A stretch of 6,262 bases of DNA from a virus (lineage: Duplodnaviria > Heunggongvirae > Uroviricota > Caudoviricetes), in the IMG/VR virus record IMGVR_UViG_2602041905_000007; one strand, given 5' to 3'. The stretch's first letter is position 1, and the number at the start of each line of letters is the position of its first letter. Below, piece after piece: positions 1 through 5,842 of this stretch. Made by a program: the position numbers and the translations under genes. The notes beneath the pieces were generated by a model. The model saw nothing but the letters and a program-made list of their open reading frames with translations. It did not search any database and was not told the origin of the DNA.

Positions 1-977
1 GTTTTCTACCTTTGTGAGCATCATGGCTGTGTGATCCATCAGTCTGAGCTTGACCAGAGTAACGGGCGGTGGATCTGTGAAAACACGGGCATGTGGACTC
101 GTGACGGTCTGACATTTTTCAGCGCCGCGGATAATGAAATTCCGCCGCCGCGCTCCATCACATTCCATATCTGGACGGCGTACAGTCCGTTCACCACCTG
201 GGTACAGATTGTCTATGACTGGCTGGATGCACTGAAAGATCCCAACGGCCTGAAAACCTTTGTGAACACCACGCTGGGCGAGACCTGGGAAGAGGCCGTG
301 GGCGAAAAACTCGATCACCAGGTGCTGATGGATAAGGTTGTGCGTTACACGGCTGCGGTGCCTTCCCGGGTGGTTTATCTGACGGCGGGCATTGACTCGC
401 AGCGAAACCGTTTTGAGATGTATGTCTGGGGATGGGCTCCGGGAGAGGAAGCCTTTCTGGTGGATAAAATCATCATTATGGGGCGTCCCGATGAGGAAGA
501 GACGCTGTTACGTGTGGATGTGGCGATCAACAAAAAATACCGCCATGCAGACGGAACCGAAATGACCATTTCCCGTGTCTGCTGGGACACCGGGGGGATC
601 GATGGCGAAATTGTCTATCAGAGGTCAAAAAAACACGGTGTTTTCCGGGTGCTGCCGGTAAAAGGTGCATCTGTTTATGGCAAGCCGGTGATCACCATGC
701 CAAAAACCCGCAATCAGCGGGGCGTGTATCTGTGCGAAGTGGGGACGGACACCGCAAAAGAAATTCTCTATGCCCGTATGAAAGCCGATCCCACGCCTGC
801 GGATGAAGCCACGTCGTATGCCATCCGTTTTCCTGATGATCCGGAGATTTTTTCGCAGACAGAGGCGCAGCAACTGGTGGCGGAAGAGCTTGTGGAGAAG
901 TGGGAAAAAGGAAAGATGCGTCTGCTGTGGGATAACAAAAAGCGGCGTAACGAAGCGCTGGACTGCCTGGTGTATGC
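1..977 (+). CDS. A: Terminase large subunit (lambda gpA-like), internal/C-terminal fragment; 5' end lies outside the window, 3' end cut by the N-run at 978-987
   Basis: Frame 1 is open from base 1 (VFYLCEHHGCVIHQSELDQ...) to the N-run. The translation (…WTAYSPFTTWVQIVYDWLDALKDPNGLKTFVNTTLGETWEE…GIDSQRNRFEMYVWGW…) is recognisably the C-terminal half of lambda terminase large subunit. The first M in the ORF track at 31 is an internal GTG, not a real start. Confidence 0.85.
521..977. repeat. Copy 1 of an imperfect direct duplication (partner 988-1444), about 457 bp, about 10 mismatches counted by eye
   Basis: Direct comparison: 538-547 taccgccatg equals 1005-1014, and 971-977 tgtatgc equals 1438-1444, giving a constant offset of 467. 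Differences are mainly third-codon-position changes. Confidence 0.9.
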
Positions 978-987
978 NNNNNNNNNN
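978..987. other. Assembly gap 1 (10 N) between overlapping contig ends
   Basis: Run of 10 N immediately flanked by the near-identical duplicated segments. Confidence 0.9.
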
Positions 988-1589
988 CGGCGATCAACAA
1001 AAAATACCGCCATGCAGACGGAACCGAAATGACCATTTCCCGTGTCTGCTGGGACATCGGGGGGATCGATGGCGAAATCGTTTATCAGAGGTCAAAAAAA
1101 CACGGTGTTTTCCGGGTGCTGCCGGTAAAAGGCGCATCTGTCTATGGCAAGCCGGTGATCACCATGCCAAAAACCCGCAATCAGCGGGGCGTGTATCTGT
1201 GTGAAGTGGGGACGGACACCGCAAAAGAAATTCTCTATGCCCGTATGAAAGCCGATCCCACGCCTGTGGATGAAGCCACGTCGTATGCTATCCGTTTTCC
1301 TGATGATCCGGAGATTTTTTCGCAGACAGAGGCGCAGCAACTGGTCGCGGAAGAGCTTGTGGAGAAGTGGGAAAAAGGAAAGATGCGTCTGCTGTGGGAT
1401 AACAAAAAGCGGCGTAACGAAGCGCTGGACTGCCTGGTGTATGCCTACGCGGCATTACGTGTGTCCGTGCAACGCTGGCAGCTTGATCTGGCTGTACTGG
1501 CAAAATCCCGGGAAGAAGAGACGACCCGGCCAACCCTTAAAGAACTGGCAGCGAAGCTGTCCGGAGGAGTGAATGGTTACAGTCGCTGA
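988..1589 (+). CDS. A: Terminase large subunit (gpA-like) C-terminal end, second copy after the gap; 988-1444 repeats 521-977
   Basis: Frame 3 is open from the gap to TGA at 1587-1589 (…MTISRVCWDIGGIDGEIVYQRSKKHGVFRVLPVKG…LDCLVYAYAALRVSVQRWQLDLAVLAKSREEETTRPTLKELAAKLSGGVNGYSR). It runs directly into the gpW-like start. The frame differs from the first copy because the copy offset is 467 bp. Confidence 0.85.
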
Positions 1590-1779
1590 ACTGCAGGCGC
1601 TGCGTCAGGCGCGCCTTGATTTATTAACCGGTAAACGGGTGGTGTCTGTCCAGAAAGATGGTCGCAGAATTGAATATACGGCAGCTTCTCTGGATGAGCT
1701 TAACCGGGCGATCAATGATGCGGAGTCGGTACTGGGGACAACCCGCCGTCGCCGTCGTCCGCTGGGAGTGAGGTTATGA
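1573..1779 (+). CDS. W: Head-tail joining / head completion protein (lambda gpW-like), 68 aa
   Basis: ATG at 1573 with GGAGG at 1563-1567; 68-aa product MVTVAELQALRQARLDLLTGKRVVSVQKDGRRIEYTAASLDELNRAINDAESVLGTTRRRRRPLGVRL resembles lambda gpW (same length, shared LTGKRV.VQKDGRR core). The start overlaps the terminase 3' end and the TGA stop overlaps the portal ATG (ATGA at 1776-1779). Confidence 0.85.
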   Translation: MVTVAELQALRQARLDLLTGKRVVSVQKDGRRIEYTAASLDELNRAINDAESVLGTTRRRRRPLGVRL

Positions 1780-2310
1780 AACGAACGCCTGTCCTGATTG
1801 ATGTGAACGGCGTTCCGCTTCGGGAGAGCCTCAGCTACACCGGTGGCGGTGCAGGATTTGGCGGGCAAATGGCAGAGTGGTTGCCACCCTCGCAGAGTGC
1901 CGATGCGGCCCTGCTGCCCGCGTTGCGTCTGGGGAATGCCCGTGCAGATGATCTGGTGCGCAATAACGGAATAGCGGCCAATGCGGTGGCCCTGCATAAG
2001 GATCACATTGTCGGGCATATGTTTCTGATTAGCTACCGTCCGAACTGGCGCTGGCTGGGGATGCGGGAGACCGCGGCAAAAAGTTTTGTCGATGAGGTGG
2101 AGGCGGCCTGGTCAGAATACGCAGAAGGGATGTTTGGTGAGATCGACGTGGAAGGGAAACGCACGTTTACGGAATTTATCCGTGAAGGTGTGGGCGTTCA
2201 TGCGTTTAACGGCGAAATCTTTGTGCAGCCGGTCTGGGATACGGAGAGTACGCAACTGTTTCGTACGCGTTTTAAAGCCGTGAGTCCGAAACGGGTGGAC
2301 ACGCCAGGAC
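1684..2310. repeat. Copy 1 of an imperfect direct duplication (partner 2322-2948), about 627 bp, roughly 28 mismatches counted by eye
   Basis: gcttctctggatgagcttaaccgggcg at 1684 equals 2322 onward; tgagtccgaaacgggtggac at 2281-2300 equals 2919-2938; constant offset 638. The segment covers the gpW-like 3' end plus the portal 5' end. Confidence 0.9.
1776..2310 (+). CDS. B: Portal protein (lambda gpB-like) N-terminal fragment, first copy, cut by the N-run at 2311-2320
   Basis: ATG at 1776 overlapping the gpW-like stop; translation MKRTPVLIDVNGVPLRESLSYTGGGAGFGGQMAEWLPPSQSADAALLPALRLGNARADDLVRNNG… matches the lambda portal N-terminus (…GGGSGFGG…GNARADDLVRNNG…). Confidence 0.8.
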
Positions 2311-2320
2311 NNNNNNNNNN
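2311..2320. other. Assembly gap 2 (10 N) between overlapping contig ends
   Basis: Run of 10 N flanked by duplicated sequence. Confidence 0.9.
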
Positions 2321-2321
2321 G

Positions 2322-2417
2322 GCTTCTCTGGATGAGCTTAACCGGGCGATCAATGATGCGGAGTCGGTACTGGGGACAACCCGGTGTCGCCGTCGTCCGC
2401 TGGGAGTGAGGTTATGA
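2322..2417 (+). pseudogene. W: Orphan 3' fragment of the gpW-like gene (second-copy overlap), not an independent gene
   Basis: Encodes …ASLDELNRAINDAESVLGTTRCRRRPLGVRL* in frame with no start; it repeats 1684-1779 with one R-to-C change. Most likely an artefact of the unmerged overlap. Confidence 0.7.
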
Positions 2418-4006
2418 AACGAACGCCTGTCCTGATTGATGTGAACGGCGTTCCGCTTCGTGAGAGTCTCAGCTACAACGGGGGCGGTGCAGGATTTGGC
2501 GGGCAAATGGCTGAGTGGTTGCCACCGGCGCAGAGTGCCGATGCGGCCCTGCTGCCCGCGTTGCGTCTGGGGAATGCCCGGGCAGATGATCTGGTGCGCA
2601 ATAACGGAATAGCGGCTAATGCGGTGGCTCTGCATAAGGATCACATTGTCGGGCATATGTTTCTGATCAGCTACCGTCCGAACTGGCGCTGGCTGGGGAT
2701 GCGGGAGACCGCAGCAAAAAGCTTTGTCGATGAGGTGGAGGCGGCCTGGTCGGAATACGCCGAAGGGATGTTTGGCGAGATCGACGTGGAAGGAAAACGC
2801 ACGTTCACGGAATTTATCCGTGAAGGTGTGGGCGTTCATGCGTTTAACGGCGAAATCTTTGTGCAGCCGGTCTGGGATACGGAAACCACGCAGTTATTCC
2901 GTACGCGTTTTAAAGCCGTGAGTCCGAAACGGGTGGACACGCCTGGACACGGTATGGGGAACCGTTTTCTGCGGGCCGGTGTGGAGGTCGATCGATATGG
3001 CCGTGCCGTCGCGTACCATATCTGTGAGGATGATTTTCCGTTCTCTGGTAGTGGACGATGGGAACGGATCCCGCGTGAACTTCCCACCGGGCGTCCGGCC
3101 ATGCTGCATATTTTCGAGCCGGTGGAGGACGGGCAGACCCGTGGGGCTAATCAGTTTTACAGCGTCACGGAACGGCTGAAGATGCTCGATTCCCTGCAGG
3201 CAACACAGCTTCAGTCGGCCATAGTGAAGGCGATGTATGCAGCGACGATTGAAAGTGAACTTGATACCGAAAAGGCCTTTGAATATATCGCCGGCGCGCC
3301 ACAGGAGCAGAAGGATAATCCGCTTATTAATATTCTGGAGAAGTTTTCCAGCTGGTATGACACGAATAACGTGACACTGGGCGGTGTCAAAATTCCGCAC
3401 CTTTTCCCTGGTGATGATCTGAAACTACAGACTGCGCAGGATTCAGACAATGGATTTTCTGCGCTTGAACAGGCGCTGCTGCGGTATATCGCCGCCGGTC
3501 TTGGCGTTTCCTACGAACAGTTGTCCCGTGATTACTCGAAGGTCAGTTACTCAAGTGCCCGCGCCTCCGCCAATGAGTCGTGGCGCTATTTTATGGGGCG
3601 GCGAAAATTTATTGCGGCCCGGCTGGCCACGCAGATGTTTTCCTGCTGGCTGGAAGAGGCACTTCTTCGGGGGATTATTCGTCCGCCACGGGCACGTTTT
3701 GATTTTTATCAGGCGCGATCAGCCTGGTCACGGGCAGAGTGGATTGGTGCCGGAAGAATGGCCATTGACGGGCTCAAGGAAGTCCAGGAATCAGTGATGC
3801 GCATTGAGGCCGGACTGAGCACGTATGAGAAAGAGCTGGCGCTGATGGGCGAGGATTATCAGGACATTTTCCGCCAGCAGGTCAGGGAATCTGCTGAGCG
3901 GCAAAAAGCCGGACTCTCACGTCCGGTGTGGATAGAGCAGGCGTATCAGCAGCAGATAGCGGAGAGTCGTAGGCCGGAAGAGGAGACAACACCACGTGAG
4001 ACGTAA
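2414..4006 (+). CDS. B: Portal protein (lambda gpB-like), complete second copy, 530 aa
   Basis: ATG at 2414 in the ATGA overlap with the gpW-like stop; continuous ORF to TAA at 4004-4006. The translation matches lambda portal along its length (…FEPVEDGQTRGAN.FYSV…LQSAIVKAMYAATIESELDT…LLRYIAAGLGVSYEQLSR…GRMAIDGLKEVQE…EAGLSTYEKE…). The track's start at 2384 is an upstream GTG inside the gpW-like fragment. Confidence 0.9.
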   Translation: MKRTPVLIDVNGVPLRESLSYNGGGAGFGGQMAEWLPPAQSADAALLPALRLGNARADDLVRNNGIAANAVALHKDHIVGHMFLISYRPNWRWLGMRETAAKSFVDEVEAAWSEYAEGMFGEIDVEGKRTFTEFIREGVGVHAFNGEIFVQPVWDTETTQLFRTRFKAVSPKRVDTPGHGMGNRFLRAGVEVDRYGRAVAYHICEDDFPFSGSGRWERIPRELPTGRPAMLHIFEPVEDGQTRGANQFYSVTERLKMLDSLQATQLQSAIVKAMYAATIESELDTEKAFEYIAGAPQEQKDNPLINILEKFSSWYDTNNVTLGGVKIPHLFPGDDLKLQTAQDSDNGFSALEQALLRYIAAGLGVSYEQLSRDYSKVSYSSARASANESWRYFMGRRKFIAARLATQMFSCWLEEALLRGIIRPPRARFDFYQARSAWSRAEWIGAGRMAIDGLKEVQESVMRIEAGLSTYEKELALMGEDYQDIFRQQVRESAERQKAGLSRPVWIEQAYQQQIAESRRPEEETTPRET

Positions 4007-5401
4007 TCTTTCACACATTATTGCCGCAGCATTCAATGAACCGCTGCTTCTGGAGCCCGCCTATGCGCGGGTTTTCTTTTGCGCGCTCGGGCGCGAGATG
4101 GGGGCAGCAAGTCTTTCGGTACCACAACAGCAGGTACAGTTTGATGCNNNNNNNNNNTGCACCGGCTGGGTGGTATGCGGCCATTTTCCGGAATGACAGG
4201 CTATGACGGCATTGTCGCCTGTCTTCAGCAGGCAATGGCGGATAGCCAGGTGCGGGGCGTACTGCTGGACATTGACAGTCCGGGCGGGCAGGCCGCCGGC
4301 GCGTTTGACTGCGCTGACATGATTTACCGCCTCCGTCAGCAGAAGCCGGTCTGGGCACTGTGCAATGACACGGCCTGTTCTGCAGCCATGCTGCTGGCGT
4401 CGGCCTGCTCCCGACGGCTGGTTACCCAGACATCCCGTATCGGCTCCATTGGCGTGATGATGAGCCATGTCAGCTATGCCGGTCATCTGGCGCAGGCCGG
4501 TGTGGATATCACGCTGATTTACTCAGGGGCGCACAAGGTGGATGGCAATCAGTTTGAAGCGTTGCCGGCAGAGGTTCGCCAGGACATGCAGCAGCGGATT
4601 GATGCGGCGCGCCGGATGTTTGCCGAAAAAGTGGCGATGTTTACCGGTCTGTCTGTTGATGCCGTCACGGGAACAGAGGCTGCCGTTTTTGAAGGTCAGT
4701 CCGGCATTGAGGCCGGGCTGGCGGATGAATTAATCAATGCGTCGGATGCCATCAGTGTGATGGCCACGGCGCTGAACAGTAATGTCAGAGGAGGCACTAT
4801 GCCGCAATTAACTGCAACGGAAGCCGCCGCGCAGGAGAACCAGCGAGTGATGGGGATCCTGACATGCCAGGAAGCGAAAGGACGTGAACAGCTTGCCACG
4901 ATGCTGGCAGGACAACAGGGCATGAGCGTTGAACAGGCCCGGGCGATTCTGGCCGCGGCGGCACCGCAGCAGCCGGTGGCATCCACGCAGAGTGAAGCCG
5001 ATCGCATTATGGTGTGTGAAGAAGCGAACGGTCGTGAACAACTGGCGGCAACGCTGGCGGCGATGCCGGAGATGACGGTGGAAAAAGCCCGCCCGATCCT
5101 GGCTGCTTCACCGCAGGCGGATGCCGGACCATCACTCCGTGATCAGATCATGGCACTGGATGAGGCAAAAGGGGCTGAGGCGCAGGCTGAACAGCTGGCT
5201 GCCTGCCCGGGAATGACAGTGGAGAGCGCCCGGGCTGTGCTGGCTGCGGGATCAGGTAAGGCAGAACCGGTCTCTGCATCCACAACCGCCATGTTTGAAC
5301 ATTTCATGGCGAACCATTCACCGGCAGCGGTACAGGGTGGCGTGGCACAGACGTCAGCAGACGGTGATGCGGACGTGAAAATGCTCATGGCCATGCCATG
5401 A
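3996..5401 (+). CDS. C: Head maturation protease / scaffold fusion (lambda gpC-like, S49 SppA/ClpP-like peptidase family), interrupted by the N-run at 4148-4157
   Basis: GTG at 3996 (GAGGAG at 3979-3984) overlapping the portal stop; N-terminus MRRNLSHIIAAAFNEPLLLEPAYARVFFCAL matches the lambda gpC N-terminus. After the gap, frame 2 is open to TGA at 5399-5401 and reads …FSGMTGYDGIVACLQQA…VLLDIDSPGG…GAFDCADMIYRLRQQKPVWALCNDTACSAAMLLASACSRRLVTQTSRIGSIGVMM…ITLIYSGAHKVDGN…, matching the gpC protease core. The two flanks are in different frames because the gap length is a placeholder. Confidence 0.85.
4148..4157. other. Assembly gap 3 (10 N) inside the gpC-like gene; no flanking duplication
   Basis: Run of 10 N. 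The flanking coding sequence is in different frames (left codons start at positions divisible by 3, right at positions leaving remainder 2), and too few residues lie between the conserved FFCAL and SGMTGY blocks. Confidence 0.85.
4799..5401 (+). CDS. nu3: Nested in-frame scaffolding protein (lambda Nu3-like), translated from an internal start in the gpC-like frame
   Basis: ATG at 4799 is in the gpC-like frame and is preceded by a strong Shine-Dalgarno AGAGGAGG at 4787-4794. It sits at the equivalent position to the lambda Nu3 start (…GG(R/T)M… just before the scaffold domain). Product MPQLTATEAAAQENQRVMGILTCQEAKGREQLA… is Ala/Gln/Glu-rich, as expected for a scaffold. Confidence 0.55.
   Translation: MPQLTATEAAAQENQRVMGILTCQEAKGREQLATMLAGQQGMSVEQARAILAAAAPQQPVASTQSEADRIMVCEEANGREQLAATLAAMPEMTVEKARPILAASPQADAGPSLRDQIMALDEAKGAEAQAEQLAACPGMTVESARAVLAAGSGKAEPVSASTTAMFEHFMANHSPAAVQGGVAQTSADGDADVKMLMAMP
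4835..5265 (+). repeat. Three diverged tandem repeats of about 45-50 codons within the gpC/Nu3-like scaffold domain
   Basis: Protein-level repeats: ENQRVMGILTCQEAKGREQLATMLAGQQGMSVEQARAILAAAAPQ / EADRIMVCEEANGREQLAATLAAMPEMTVEKARPILAASPQ / LRDQIMALDEAKGAEAQAEQLAACPGMTVESARAVLAAGSG. The DNA copies are clearly diverged, so this is not an assembly artefact. Confidence 0.7.
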
Positions 5402-5421
5402 AGTCAGTGCTGACCATCAAT

Positions 5422-5427
5422 AGGAGG
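5422..5427 (+). promoter_or_regulatory. Shine-Dalgarno site for the gpD-like gene
   Basis: AGGAGG located 10 nt upstream of the ATG at 5438. Confidence 0.7.
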
Positions 5428-5437
5428 TTTTTACAAT

Positions 5438-5785
5438 ATGGTGACGAAAACCATCACTGAACAGCGTGCGGAAGTACGTATTTTTGCCGGTAATGATCCG
5501 GCTCATACCGCCACAGGCAGCAGCGGGATTTCCTCGCCAACACCGGCACTGACGCCCCTGATGCTGGATGAAGCCACCGGGAAACTGGTGGTCTGGGACG
5601 GACAGAAAGCCGGTAGTGCGGTTGGCATACTGGTACTGCCGCTTGAAGGCACAGAGACGGCGCTGACGTATTACAAGTCGGGAACCTTTGCGACGGAGGC
5701 AATCCACTGGCCTGAAAGTGTGGATGAACACAAAAAGGCCAACGCCTTTGCTGGCAGTGCCCTGAGTCACGCGGCGCTGCCGTAA
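5438..5785 (+). CDS. D: Head decoration protein (lambda gpD-like), 115 aa
   Basis: ATG at 5438 with AGGAGG upstream, TAA at 5783-5785. The translation …GNDPAHTATGSSGISSPTPALTPLMLDEATGKLVVWDGQKAGSAVGILV…TYYKSGTF…WPE…K.AFAGSA… matches lambda gpD motifs (SDPAHTAT, MTPLMLD, KLVAWDG, AAVGIL, FYKSGTF, AFAGTA). Confidence 0.88.
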   Translation: MVTKTITEQRAEVRIFAGNDPAHTATGSSGISSPTPALTPLMLDEATGKLVVWDGQKAGSAVGILVLPLEGTETALTYYKSGTFATEAIHWPESVDEHKKANAFAGSALSHAALP

Positions 5786-5792
5786 CACGTTA

Positions 5793-5814
5793 TCAGGCCA
5801 CCGCGGTGGCCTGA
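5793..5814. promoter_or_regulatory. Perfect 22-bp palindrome in the gpD-gpE intergenic region (possible RNA hairpin or protein-binding site)
   Basis: tcaggccaccgcggtggcctga equals its own reverse complement; it lies 8 nt after the gpD-like stop and 28 nt before the gpE-like start. No strong U-tract follows. Confidence 0.5.
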
Positions 5815-5842
5815 CTGATTTCTGAATGAAAGGAACTGATTT

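Noticed and set aside
531-1089. Poly-A runs in the terminase (caacaaaaaatac at 528-540, 995-1007; tcaaaaaaacac at 624-635, 1091-1102) as possible programmed frameshift sites
   Set aside because: The zero frame reads straight through both runs into conserved terminase sequence; there is no overlapping downstream frame needing a shift and no downstream structure.
692-1572. Alternate-frame and antisense ORFs inside the terminase region (692-1057 minus, 803-1204 plus, 1270-1572 plus, 625-873 and 1092-1340 minus)
   Set aside because: All are embedded in the well-supported terminase frame, several span the N-run, and they occur in pairs only because of the duplication. Arg-rich low-complexity translations are typical of out-of-frame reading.
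1731-1762. Arg-codon run (cgccgtcgccgtcgtccg, RRRRRP) at the gpW-like C-terminus as a possible repeat or slippery element
   Set aside because: It corresponds to the conserved basic C-terminal tail of gpW-like proteins (lambda has a similar RRR motif), so it is simply coding sequence.
1605-2839. Long minus-strand ORFs (1605-2018, 137 aa; 2198-2839, 213 aa), which are near-duplicates of each other
   Set aside because: They lie antisense to the gpW-like and portal coding sequence and are duplicated only because they sit in the two overlap copies. They have no RBS or recognisable protein features; open antisense frames are common in GC-rich coding DNA.
521-2948. Possibility that the direct repeats are a mobile element, att site duplication, CRISPR-like array or real tandem gene duplication
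   Set aside because: The repeats are long coding segments that abut the N-runs exactly, keep a constant offset and reproduce ordinary gene sequence. That is the signature of unmerged contig overlap, not of IS elements (no inverted repeats or transposase), att sites (too long, inside genes) or CRISPR (no short repeat-spacer periodicity).
2894-3797. ORFs 2894-3400 (minus), 2979-3179 (plus), 3211-3450 (minus) and 3450-3797 (plus) inside the portal gene
   Set aside because: They overlap the strongly supported portal frame and have no independent start signals or similarity to anything I recognise.
4011-5394. Minus-strand and alternate-frame ORFs within the gpC-like gene (4011-4358, 4061-4486, 4542-4733, 4696-5007, 4797-4982, 4808-5041, 5143-5394)
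   Set aside because: Shadow ORFs of a GC-rich, Ala-rich coding region; the protease/scaffold frame explains the sequence.
5793-5825. Palindrome as a canonical Rho-independent terminator
   Set aside because: The stem is strong, but the downstream sequence (ctgatttctgaatg) is not a convincing U-tract, and a full terminator between decoration and capsid genes would be unexpected for an operon that needs both at high copy. It is kept as a candidate regulatory hairpin only.
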